A stretch of 61,848 bases of DNA, counting the filler, from Sphacelaria rigidula (lineage: Eukaryota): assembly GCA_964200075.2 (NCBI GenBank). It is 9 parts of 9 records of this genome, joined end to end, with 100 filler letters (N's around TTAATTAATTAA, not from the genome) between each part and the next. Parts side by side here need not be neighbours in the genome. Positions count along the whole stretch, not along the records: positions 34,417 to 41,199 come from CAXNAA020018107.1; positions 41,300 to 48,082 come from CAXNAA020018108.1; positions 48,183 to 54,965 come from CAXNAA020018109.1; 6 more parts are not named here. One strand, 5' to 3'. Below the pieces are notes generated by a model. The model searched no databases. It was not told the origin of the DNA and worked only from the letters and a program-made list of their open reading frames with translations. Made by a program: the position numbers and the translations under genes. This document shows, piece by piece, positions 39,054-51,566 of the stretch. Within the stretch, counting starts at the first letter, position 1. Each line of letters starts with the position of its first letter.

Positions 39054-41317
39054 ATCGGTCGTTTCTTCGTGCCCCGAAAATGCTGGCGTAACAAACCAGC
39101 GCCGTCCCCTGATTGTACTGTGACGGGGTTTCGTGTGGATTCTTCTGTCGAGATATCTCAGTACGTCACGGGATTCACTCGTCCTGGCTTTCAATGAAAG
39201 AAAAATCATTTTGTCGGGTTGCTGAATAGGTGGGCATCTATCTGCCCCTCGACTAGACCATCGAACCAGATGCGCGGACCACGGCCCAATCCGTCTGCGT
39301 CGATGATATACGGCTGTGATAAAATGAATCCGTCTCCAGGCTGGCCCAACTCGCATATCCCTCTTCCTTGATATGATCATATTCCCCCTCCCCTCTAGTA
39401 CGCCCCCCTCCCCCTCTAGGTCTGAAAATAAGGGGATGTCCGGTCAACGGTTAAATGACTAAGGCAAGCAACAAGTGAGTACACCCCCCTAAGCAATGTC
39501 GGAAGTGAGCTGTGTCCAACCCGAACACGGAATACTTCCTGTTCAGGTACCGACCGCCGTGGCGTCACATACCACTTTCCCGGGCAAAAACGGGAGTCCT
39601 CTCGGTTGCTTCCAAGCCATAGACGAATTTCTCCCAGCCCAGACAGCACCCTATAAATATATATATTAATATATATGAGTCTATGGAAAATATGTCAGTG
39701 AAACTGTGACGAGGTGAGGTGAAATGATGAGGAGTAGAATGCTCAACATTCCCCTTCCCCTCGTTTCCAGAATAAATGTATTGTTGCTGGGCAAGAGTTT
39801 GTCTGAGCAAAACAAAAAACCGGAATCGAAGTCGATTTCGTTGTCGATTTCGTTGTCGATTTCGATTTTGATTTTGAGATCTGGGTCCAGCAACGGCGGC
39901 AAAAAAGCAGGCACATGCTTCTGAGGTGTATAAGATTTGGGCCCATCGTGAAGATCAGTAACGCGGCAGTTGACAAACCACAGCCTACCCCAGGAGTTCA
40001 AATGCTGACGAACAGAGAGTTGCACTGCAATCCAGCCAGAGCTCGACAGTCCTCGCGACGATAGCTCTCACTCTACCACGCGTGATGTACATCTTTTGGT
40101 TGAGATCCGCCAAGAAACGAGGTTGCGATGGCTGTTTCCTCAAAAACCCAAGAGCACAGCTGGTGCCAAAATTGACACTTTGGGTCAGAAAAATACACCC
40201 CAGTGTTCAAACACACCGTTGATGCTCGCTTAATATGAAACTGAAAGCGCTCGTTTAAAGGAACGTGTTTTGTGGCGTCTTTTGTGTTTTGTGGCGGAGT
40301 CAGGCTATCTGTGAATGTGTGCGACTTCTGATGCGGGTGTCTGTACGCGCTATGCTGCATGCCCTGGAATGCTGGCTACCCGTTTACATCTGACTTGCAT
40401 CTCGGGACCTTCTGACACGCGCAGATGACCATGGAAAGCTTTTTGTGCCGCCTTCCGATGACAAAGCGCTCAACTTTTCGAATTCGGGCATATGTCGGTT
40501 CATGCCGGGGCCCTAGCGAATCGAAAGCCGCTTGGTTGCCGTTCAGAGCTGCAGCCCAATCACGTCACGGCACTTACTTTCGATTTTCGGTTGTCGATGC
40601 TTAGCTGCCGTTCAAAGCTACAGCTCAATCACGTTGCGGAACTTACTTCCGATTTTCGGTTGTCAATTATGTTTTTTTGTTGCGAAGATACCCCCAAAGA
40701 GTCCAGTCCCTATTTTCAGTTGGCGAAAGTATCCAAGGCGCAGGCCGTTGTTAGGTCACCTTGAATTTCCGTGTAATTTTTCACTGTGATTTTGCTGAAA
40801 AATCTCATACCATTTACTGTTTGTGAAACTTTGCATCAAAGTATCGCACGCATCAAATTACATTCACTCACACACGAAGCCGTAGGTCATTCGGGGGTCA
40901 CATGCCCTATCTCCCCCCCCCTCCCCGCCTGACGAGGATACATGTAATTGCGGGTGATAGTCTAGAACCAAAGTTTCAAGCGAGTTTCAGTGTCCCAGGC
41001 GTAGGTTATTGGTGAATTCCCGTCATGTTGTTTCCATAAATATAACATGAGAGTACTCTACTGTGCTCCGTATCGAAAGGGATGCGTGGTCAATGGTCTA
41101 ACGGCTAAGGCAAGCAACAAGTGAGTACCCCCCCCCCCCCCGCCCCCCCCCACCCCCCCTGTCCATCGTACTGCCCAAACGAACAAATAGTCATCACACN
41201 NNNNNNNNNNNNNNNNNNNNNNNNNNNNNNNNNNNNNNNNNNNTTAATTAATTAANNNNNNNNNNNNNNNNNNNNNNNNNNNNNNNNNNNNNNNNNNNNA
41301 AAAAAAAAAAAAGAAAA

Positions 41318-41349
<32 letters not shown>

Positions 41350-42740
41350 AAAAAAGGGGTCGAAAAGAACAAAAAAGCAGACTAACTCGTAAAAAAAAAA
41401 AAAAAAGTAATGAGAAAGTCAACACAATCGAAGCACAGAAAGAAATGGCCGACCTAAAACAAGAAACAAGGAAAAGAAAAAGGAAAGTAAAAAGTAAATA
41501 AAATAAAATAAAACGAAATGATGGGGGGGAAAAAAAGGGGGAAAAAAAGGAGAAGGCCCAAGGGATTCAGGGCAGCAGAGTAGATACAGACACACACTAG
41601 CGGGTACCGTAGAGTCACCGACAAAGGACATAAAACACCCTACCTTTGCGCTACTCCGTGTCGTCGGCGTTCAGCGCTGTAGGGCGCAAATGTGCAAAAA
41701 GGGGGCCAAATGTGCAAAAAGGGGGCCAAATGAGTTACATCCGAATCAGTGCACGGATGAGGAGTAATATTGAGGTAGCTCATTAGCTCTCCAACGTTTG
41801 GGTCTTTCCCCAAGGTTGACATTTCAGCGTGCACAGGCGCAGCAGTAGTCATGCTGAAACACCCCGCTTCGCATTTTCGGGCGTATCTCGCAAGCGGCGA
41901 CAATTTTTCAAAATCTGTCTCTCCCGGAATTCGCACCATCTTGTAGCCTTGTCGGTGGAACTCAAACTAAGATTTGGTTATTTGATCCCTAAGGGGTTGA
42001 GCTGTGACAATAATTATCAGGCAAGAAGAGGTGCTTATTTTGATCGTTTTCGTCCTGACCGCGCTATGCACTAGGCGAAGACTGGGCGTCGTCATGGAGC
42101 TTGGGTTTACACATTCCCGCCGATACAGGCTATGGTACTCCTCCCCATTATTACAGTCAATTTTGTATATAGAGACGTACATATATTTACTTCGCCGTCA
42201 TAGTCCCCCCCCCCCCACCCCATGTTCCGTGCTCCGTGCTCCGTCTCGAAAGGGATGCATGGTCAATGGTCAAACGACTAAGGCAAGCAACAAATGAGTA
42301 CGCCCCCCCTCCCCCCCTCCCATTCCCCGTCATCATGTAGTAATCTCAAGAAATTAATCTATCTCTCCCTTGTTTTCCACGGCGAAAACCGTCAAGACCC
42401 ACCACTGCTGTACAGTCGGGATTCGCACCCGCTACTCCGCCCAAAGCATCTATTGGCATGAAGGAAATAGACTCCGTGTGCTGTCAGTTTTTTCAGTGAA
42501 AAGCAATAGCTTGTTGAAAAAAGGCAAACGTCAGTCGTCACTAATGTCTTGTCTCCGGAGTAATTCTTGTCTGATTCCGTTTCGCTTGTAGCATGGTGCG
42601 ACCTCCCTCCAAAAAATGGTACAGGTTGACGTGTTTCCACCGTGGATTTTGGCTCTGCTCGTTTGTGTCCATGTTTTCTTCTTACGCGGTTTGCTCATCC
42701 GGCTTCGTTCCGTGTGCACCCTCCACAGTGTCATCTTCCA

Positions 42741-43020
42741 GTGTCATCCTACGATAGGGGAGGGGGGGGGGGGAGGTATATGATTGCACGAAAAACGAGG
42801 CTCACAAGTGTGTCAGACGACCTGCTACACTCGCGGTGCGCTTGTATTCGGTTCAAAACGGTGTCAAGTATGAACGTTATATATATATATATATATATAT
42901 GAATAACAAGTTCGTTCGAACCACCGTTGCTGCTTTTAACGACGATTTGACTTGGAATTTCGTGCAAGAAGTGGCCCGTAATACTCCCCCCCCCCCCGCG
43001 CCTCCTATCTTAGCATGCTC
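42741..43020. mobile_element. Sola-like MITE (280 bp) upstream of the first visible SENP exon
   Basis: GTGTCATCCTACGATAGGG ... CCTATCTTAGCATGCTC; 4-bp TSD TCCA. Confidence 0.75.
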
Positions 43021-43169
43021 TCCAGTGTTTCCTGCGGGGCACGTACTTCAACGCTTTTACGAAGAGGAATCGTCATTTTCTATCTTGTCACGATCTATCT
43101 TCTGTCTAAAGTACCTTGTTGTGACGTTAGCATCTCACGTGCATCTTGTGCCATGTTGTCACTTTCCAG

Positions 43170-43247
43170 TGTCTACTGCCGTACACGTGGCTCAACGACG
43201 AAGTGGTGAACACGTACATGAAGCTCTTGGATGCTAGAGACAAAGAG
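43170..43247 (+). CDS. ULP1: Ulp1/SENP SUMO protease exon (CLLPYTWLNDEVVNTYM); not in the ORF track
   Basis: WLNDEV motif of peptidase C48; cag acceptor and gtgagg donor. Confidence 0.9.
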
Positions 43248-44199
43248 GTGAGGGATGACTTTGTGACACCGTTTTCCGGCGCCTAAGACACGTACCGCAC
43301 AAGCCGTTCGTTGCCCTGGCCCGAAAGGGTACACACTTGGTTTATGTGTGCTTTCGTACGTTCGGCTTGGCGAAAATGAAGTCATTTCGTGGAGCACTTC
43401 AAACGAAATGGTTCTGAGTGGCCTGCGACAGGTTGCCACATTGTTATAGCTGTATTGTTGTTGTCTTCACATTTTAAACCGCTTCGATATCTACGCAGTA
43501 GTCCGTACTGGGCATCTGATGCTGACGCCTTCCGTTGTCACAGGCTAACTACCCAAAGTAAGGTTTACGATTAGATGTACTCGTATGTGCCCGTGTTTCG
43601 TGTGTTCCCAAAGCTTAGCAAGAGAGTGCACCCTGCCCCTCCCACAACATAGTGTACGTCCTTTATCTCAAACATGTTCTGCCCTCAAAGATAGTCCGAA
43701 GTATGTACAGACAGTGGATACGAGTGACGCTGTGTTTAGCTGGTTGGGTCCGACTCTCTCGTCGGAATAGGCGAAAATTCTCCAAGTGAATATTTGTCTC
43801 GTGATATTTATATTTCAGATCGCCTTCACTTCACCATTACTCGTAGCCCTTTCCATTTTTTCTGTTGTTGCTTTTGCGCGAGCGTGCTTTCGTGCGTTCA
43901 TGATCGATTGGTTATTTGATCCATTGAACACCTGTCGGACGGTTGAAGAATTGGCGATGACTCCAGGCGCGTCACCACAAGATAGACGATATCCGAGGGA
44001 AACGGACGAAAACATTTGCTGTATTTAATCATTTTTATATTTGTCACATTCTCCACCCTGTATCCATTGTAGTTCGGTATGTGCACCGGGGATATATACA
44101 GTATATATATATTTCCCTTTATTCCCTCTTCTTTTTTCTTTCCTTGATCGTACCTCTTTCCATTTTTTTTTCTTCTTTTAATATCATTCTTGTTTACAG

Positions 44200-44315
44200 C
44201 TTTGCAGCAAGGATCCGTCGAGGAGACCATCCCATTTTTTCCCTTCCTTCTTTGTCACCAAGCTGCTGGAAAATGGCAAGTACAACTACAGAGGCGTCAG
44301 GCGATGGACAAAAAA
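44200..44315 (+). CDS. ULP1: Ulp1/SENP SUMO protease exon (SHFFPSFFVTKL...YRGVRRWTK); not in the ORF track
   Basis: FFxSFF..KL and VRRWT motifs; phase-2 donor matches the next exon. Confidence 0.92.
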
Positions 44316-46181
44316 GTGAGCGAGATGTGTTGTACGGATACTATTTATACTGCCCGCCCTGTTTTTTTGTCCTCAGTACTTATATTGCGTTAGGCCAAAA
44401 AAGTGAGCGAGAGGGTTGTACGCCTTTCTAACAGTTTCTTTTCCCCATACTTGTATTTCCCTATTATGAAGTGTGCAGGAAGACCTGAAAAATGTTCCGA
44501 AATGAAACACTTTAGTGGGGCCGACAGTCCCGTGTTTCCGCAGTGTGTGCACAAAGCATTATTGTCTGGATCGGCACCGATCTGAGGTGGATCAACGCCA
44601 CAATTTGCCTAGGGAAATACTTTGCCCTCCCTTGCCCGAGGGTTTGCGTGTGCCATGGTTGAGGCTAGCGTTAGGGTTATCGTTATCGTTATCGTTAGTT
44701 TGTTCGAAAAACTCAACCATAGATACACTACCAACACATTAGGTCGCCTCGAAACGAAGCACACGCTCCCTAGGGAGGGCACTGTTTTTGCCTCCGTTGC
44801 TCTTGGGTTCTTGGTCTACCTTGTGTCGTGGCATTCGGTTTAGGGTCGGCGTTGTGGTTTGATAACAAGGTCTGTATCAACAATTGTATCGCTTCTTCCT
44901 CGCACCGAGCAGGGGTAAAACAGCCTTAAAGACTTGGTCAAGGAACACCGAACGGCCAGTGGCATCGGAGCCCACGAAAGCGCGTTTGCCTGTTCAATGC
45001 ATACATGCACATGGCCGTAAATTTCGAGTTGTCGGAACTCTCTTGACCCTTCGACGGCCGAGTTTCATCATCCGGGTCTTGCAATCATTTTTCAAGTGGG
45101 AGTGATACGGAGTCAAGGGATGACTCACCCTGGCGGCCGGATGAAGAAAAAAGAATCGCTTACGCAGTTGCTGCTTTACATGTTTCCTTTTCCCCTTCCG
45201 CTTTTTCATGGTATTATTTGCACATCCTGGACAGTAGGTTGCATTGTCGAATGGTGTACTGCGTGTAGTATTGACTGTTGCTTGTACTGCAATACACAAA
45301 AGGTTCCATACTGTACGTAGTACACATTTTGATATTGTAATCTTTTGTACAGGGTGTGATAATTTTCCATAGATGAAACATTTAGCGACCAATCTTTGAG
45401 GCAGGCTGAAATTTTGCTACAGAAGCTGTGGATCTTTTGACCCTTTCGCCCCCCCAAAAATGGGATCTTCGCTGCAGGAGTTAATCAAACACAAAGATCA
45501 ATGTTTCGCTGTGGCTGCACTAGCACAAAGACTCACAATGCAGAATGACAGCTACGCGGCCAAACGATTGAAGGGCCAACGTGACAAAACGTGCAACTTG
45601 ATTCCCGCGAAATGCAGGAATAGCACGGCGAAAATTGGGTCCGGTGATGACGCCGCGAAGTTGTAGCAGGCCACTAGCTCTCCTCTCCTCCACGTTTATT
45701 ACTCTGGAGTATTGTATTTTTTATAATTCCATTTCATGCAGTGTGTTCGACGTCATTTTCCTATAAATGTATATTTTTTTCAGACCCGCCTGATATGTTT
45801 TTCTCGCTCTTCGTGCAATCATCGTGTATGATCCCTCGGGAGACTGGCTAGCTACCGCGGGTACTTTCTGTGTAATGTGCCCGTGCTCTGCTTGTTGAGT
45901 CTGCGTTTGTGGATATGATGTAGTGGTGTGGAGCACACAAAGATTACTTAGGGTTGAAAATCATATCTCCTCGGCAACGAGCCAGCTACAGCAAGCCGCC
46001 CTATACGAATGAGAGAAAACCCGTCCGTAGACGTCACTTACGGGACCGGACTTATGGTAATCGAGGAACGCCAGGCGCGTGCTCTCTCCACAGTAATTAT
46101 TTCGTCTCTTTGCCGATTTGAAATACATACATATAGATGTATTTCTTACTGTTGTTGCCGTGATCGTTCGCTTTATGGCAG

Positions 46182-46272
46182 GATCAAGGCCTTCGAAATG
46201 GACAAGCTCTTCTGCCCGGTGAATGTCTCTAATATGCACTGGTGCATGGCCGTCATTTACATGCAGGAAAAG
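46182..46272 (+). CDS. ULP1: Ulp1/SENP SUMO protease exon with catalytic His (DKLFCPVNVSNMHWCMAVI)
   Basis: P.N...HW motif; phase consistent; the Asp and Cys exons were not found in this contig. Confidence 0.92.
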
Positions 46273-47018
46273 GTACGGGAACTGTATGTTAGTGGATGAT
46301 GACCGGTTTGGGGACGCGGGTTCAGAAACCAACAGAAACCGAGAACCCAAGTGGTAGTAAAGTCGCCTCGATACGTAATAATGGGCACTGCGGGATCTAT
46401 TCCAGGCTGATGTGGAAGTACTGTTCCCAGTCGAATCTAATTTGAAGGTGAGTCGGTAGGTCGTCTTGTATATCAAGTAGGTACAAGTCATACACCCGCA
46501 TGCAGGAATGCAGGACCAGATAATGCTTTGGGAAACATCGTGGTCGAATCTCTCCACGAGAGTAAACTAGGAGATACATGGAAATAAAGCACTACGCCGA
46601 GCCCGTGTTTCAGACATGGGTTATGTGCCTCGTGGCACATGCTATCCATGGATCAATTACCAATACGTGGACGTGGCTTAGGTGGTAACCTCGAAAGCTT
46701 TCTACGATTAGGACGTACGTGGGTTCGAATGTCGGTGAAACCACACGATTTGGGATTTTTTCTTACACCACCATGCTCAATAGTGGAGAGCGACTATGCC
46801 GTTGGTGAACAAAATTCGACTTCACAGTCATCAAGGGAAAGGGATTGCAGAACCCTTATTGCGGTAGAAAGGAAAAGGCGAGCACCGCAGGAGACTGATG
46901 AATTACTCCAACAATAACAAAAAAAAAACTCCCGTGTTCACCATCTTCTTGTGTGACCCCGACTAGTGCGCCCACATATACCAAAAGGTATAGACTGGCG
47001 TCCAGAACAGATGGGATG

Positions 47019-47021
<3 letters not shown>

Positions 47022-47092
<71 letters not shown>
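47022..47092 (+). repeat. (CA)n microsatellite
   Basis: Seen directly. Confidence 0.97.
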
Positions 47093-47096
<4 letters not shown>

Positions 47097-49916
47097 TGTT
47101 CGTAACTGTCGTCGCTATTGTCCCCCCACCCCCTTTTTTTCTTGTTATTCTAGGAACAGTATGCGCCGAACAAATTGAACCACAGCAGGACCACGTTTTC
47201 ATGGAACATAGTCTATACGAGCCTGGGGTCACACATTTTCACAAATGGAGAAAAAAAAAAAGTCAAAGGAGTGACCGCTTTTGAAATCACGGAGCCTACC
47301 GAACCAATCTGAATATGGGCTTGACTCCTCGTGGTGAGGTGATACATACGGTGGTAGTGTCGAGAAGGCACGAGTTGGCGAGTTTTCTTGCTTTGGGATC
47401 GAAAACGCTGTCAAATGTTACGAACAGTTGAAAAACCCAATGACAATATAGGGGGCAAGCTTAGAAGTGCAAGTGGCGGTAGGGTGCCAACATTAGTGTT
47501 GTTTGTGTTTGTGTTTGTATGTGTGTACTGTTGTTGTTATTGCTGTTGTTGTTGTTTTCGCTGCTTCCTTCTTTCCTTTCTGTGGCTGCTGCTTCTGTGT
47601 TTTCCTCTTCTTTTCCTTCTTTCTTATTCTGTTTTGTTTTTTGCTGTTCCTGGCCACGGGCTGGATTGTTGCAATCAGCTATTATAATGTGAGATAATCA
47701 ATCAATCATTTAATAGCCGAGCAGTGGTCCATCATGCAGGGGTGCTGTTTAAGGGTGGCGGAACACTGGTTGAGAGTTACTGATCGATTGTCGCGCGTAA
47801 ACTTGACTCATCCGGTACGAACACAACCGTTGTCACTTGGTTAGCCAGTCACGAGATACTGGATACGAGATACAACACAAATGTGCGTAACATCAGGTGA
47901 ATTGATGATCGGAAACACTGGGAGAAGAGGAAAAATGGAATATGACATGAAGAATGAACACAGTTTGATTGATTGATTCTCGCACTTCAACTGACCCCCC
48001 CCCCCAGGAGTGATCATGATGGTAGTCGAGCCAGATCATGTTGTGCGGCGTGGGAGAACCTCAACTCCGCACAATGGGGATGNNNNNNNNNNNNNNNNNN
48101 NNNNNNNNNNNNNNNNNNNNNNNNNNTTAATTAATTAANNNNNNNNNNNNNNNNNNNNNNNNNNNNNNNNNNNNNNNNNNNNCCCCCCCTCCCCCCCCTA
48201 CCGTAGGATGGCTCAAGGCGCATGGGGGGATGTATTATATTGTGTATGCTCCTTTACTGTGTTGGTTTCCACCATACATGGTACATTTATTATTTTAAAA
48301 AGGGAAATTGACAGAAAGGGGGGGGGAGCTAAAATGCGACCGCGAAGCCCGCCGTGCTCGGCCCAAAATACTTGAACGCAATCTCAACGCAAGTGCAACA
48401 CGCCCACAGCCCATGCAGAGCATGTACACCAACTCAAACTCTCAAGCGCAATTTAGGGCCAAACAGCACCACGGGACATGGGGGCCTCACAAGATACACC
48501 CCCTCATCCGACAAAAACCTGGTGTGTGTTGTCATCCCCCGCTAAAGTGCATTCTGGACGCTAGTTTCAACCTACCTTTCGGTACATGTGGGCGCATCAG
48601 CCGGGATCACACACGAGTTTTTCTTTAAAAAAAATGTTTTATACACCTTCCTTCGGCGGAGCATATTGCCTTACTCCTTTTTTTCTACCGCGAGAAGGGT
48701 TCAGCAGTCCCTTTCCCTCGTCGACCGTGAAGTCGAATTTTGTGTACCCACGATATACATAAAATCGATCTCCACTTTTGGGCATGGTGTGAGAAAAAAC
48801 CTACATCGGTACCCTAAGTTTTGTGAGTGTGTTGTGTGTATCCGTCCAACCAGCATCTATACTATTTTTTTCATCTTGCCCCTGTTTGTCCATTTCCGTC
48901 TCGATGGTGTGCGAAATGTACCCACTTTGGATTATTCCATGGCCCGTGGCAAAAGATAGATAATTTGATATTTGTATTATCGGAGAGTGCCTTGACAGAG
49001 TCGAACCTCGGTAGTAGGTATCGGACGAAGAGTGGGAGCAACCGGCAGCGTCTGGCATGATACCGCAGACACTTTCTACGATAGCCCCCCCCCATAAAAG
49101 TGCCTGGTTTGGGAGGCAGAATCTTCACGTAAACCGAAATGCAAAAAGCCAGGCACAACGAGCAGCTGGGAATTCCCACGCTTGGGTTCGTTCTCGCCAA
49201 TGTCACCCATATGAGGCGCTTCATGCAGCCTGAACTCAAACATAAGGCGCGGCTGTACGTCCTTTTCTTTCGTGACACTTTTGGGCTGTTTTTTTGGGGG
49301 GGGTGGAGCTATAGCAGGAAGTGTCCGCAGTCACGCATACTCGACTATCAGTATCCGTGCGCCAGCATAAATATATGCGCACATGTACATCTCACTGATC
49401 TACACCTGTTCACATGAACCCCTCCTCTGAACTGGTACATCAGTAGTCGTGGTTATATCTCTTTCAAAAAACAAAATCAAAAGGGAGGAAACTCGGACAT
49501 TCGAGGCAAAACTCCCCTCCCCTCAACTACTTGTGCCCCATCTAGATAATCCATGGACGCCGGTCAAGGCAGATACACGTCATGTCAGGAAACGCCCGAC
49601 AAAAACAATACCCCTCAAAGTAGCGTGGGTGGCTTAACCCAATATGCGCATAAATGCATAACAAAAACCAAGATCTGTAAATGCACGGAGCTAGCACAAC
49701 AAGGGTACGAACAAGAGCGTGTAAGGGCGAAACGCCTTGAAGTTGTTCTGAACTGGAAATGCGAATTCCCAACCAAATTTCTCCCTAATTTCCAAATGCT
49801 TCACATTGTAGTAACCGCCATCAGCTCGGAAACCTAACGGGAAAAAACAGATTTTAACAAAGGTTAATATAAGATCGAGTTATACCCCAAACCGTACTTG
49901 TCACCTTCCAAATTCA

Positions 49917-51320
49917 TCAATACCCGTCTGTGTCTCGCAAACAGTTGATCGAAAGAGGCTTTGTGTTCAAAATATCAGCATGTTGCCATCCTGAATCTAC
50001 ATGCACGACCCTGATCTTCCCCGCCTTCACCAGCTCTCGGATGAAGTGATACCTCACATCAATGTGCTCACTCCTTTTAGAACTGAGGGGGTTTTCAGTC
50101 AGGGCCGTGGCTCCCTCGTTGTCCTCGTACAAGACAATACTGTGGTCCTCCACACACCCCGACTTCCAACAGTCTTGAGGTCGCAAAAACGTCAACACTA
50201 CCTTCACAAACAATCTTTCCTTTGCCCCCCTTGCCATCGCGACATACTCTACCTCCGTGGTTGATAGAGTCGCACGGTGTTGTGTGCGACTCGTTGCCGA
50301 CACTACCACACCTCTATACATCATAGCTACCTCCGAGACTGAACGTCAATCTGTTTCCTTCTTAGCGTAGTCTGGGTCACAGTAAACTGAAAACCTGCCA
50401 TAATCTCTGTTGAACGCAAGTCGACATTCCTTCGTCTTAATCAGATATTTCAGCACCTTCATTACTTCTTCCCAGTGCCTCTCGCATGGGTCATGTGACT
50501 GGCGTGCGAGAGCACGTACTGCATTGGCGACGTGTGGTCTAGTGACTGTTGCCAGCCACATCAGTCTCCCCACTACGTCACGGTATGGACGATCCACCAC
50601 TGAAACCTCGCTCGTCGTCGGGCCCAACTTTACGGAAACAGAGCAGGGATATTGAGTATCCCTTCACCTTAAAACGCTTGAGGAGGGTGTCAGTGAATAT
50701 AGTTTGCGTCACCGACAGCGTACCTCTATCTTATGATCTGTCTATCGCACACCCCATTTACCACATGACCTCTCCAAAATTGTTCGTGGGAAACTTTTCC
50801 TTCAGAAGTTTGCCCACCATTCGCACATTTTCTTCAACACCACCCACCGAAATATCATCTATTTGTGCGACTAGAATGACACGCACGTCTCTCCTTCATC
50901 CTCCATCTTAAAAACACAAGGGTCAGCCCCACACTACATCATCCCGATATCCTCCAGTAACGTTTGGCACAGGAGACGTGACCACTGCCTACCTGCTTCC
51001 TTGATCCCATAAATGATTTTTTCGAGCTCCACGATCATGTCAGTCATAGCGTAGCATCCTTCAGGTAGCCTCATGTACACGTCAGTATCCATCTTCGCTT
51101 GACAAAAGCTTGCGTTACGTCGAAGTGATACAACGGCAACTCTTCCTGAACTGCCACTACCATGGCCAGTTTAATGAAGGCCATGGAGGGCGTGGCCGTG
51201 ATAGTCTCGAAGTCGACGGCGAAACGTTGTCCGAATCCTCGCGCTACCATTCTAGCCTTCGCCTTCGTTATGGTACCATCGGCGTCGGTTTCCACCTAAA
51301 AACCCATTTTGCTAAAACCT
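49917..51320 (-). mobile_element. Ty1/Copia LTR-retrotransposon remnant (RT and RNase H), frameshifted
   Basis: KWVF, KAKARMVARGFGQ, FDVTQAF, YRDVVGRLMWLATVTRP, LSTTEVEY, EDNEGA, SEHIDVRYHFIRE, QHADIL. Confidence 0.93.
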
Positions 51321-51333
51321 CATTTACTCCTTC

Positions 51334-51513
51334 CGGCGCCGCCCCTCAACTCCCGAGGACCGAGCGGCGCCGTCTCACGTGGGCCGACGAATCGCCGACC
51401 CTATGGCTTCCTTCGCGCATTTGGCTCCTAGTGCGCCCCGCCGTGGTGTCAGTAACTCGTCGGCCCACGTGAGATGGCGTCGCTCGGTCCTCGGGAGTTG
51501 AGGGGCGGCGCCG
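51334..51513. repeat. GC-rich hairpin / mini-foldback with 57-bp arms
   Basis: 51334-51390 pairs with 51457-51513, with two G:T mismatches. Confidence 0.85.
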
Positions 51514-51566
51514 CCCCCCCCGCCTTCTTGCGAGGGACCCGTGAAAGAGGGTGACACTGCGGTGGA

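Noticed and set aside
41640-41939. ORF with FEKLSPLARY resembling a hAT dimerisation domain
   Set aside because: The diagnostic S...ER.FS motif is absent and no other transposase sequence is nearby
43170-46272. Ulp1 domain as transposon cargo (MULE/KAONASHI type)
   Set aside because: The exons are intact and phase-consistent with long introns and no enclosing TIRs; it looks like an ordinary host SENP gene
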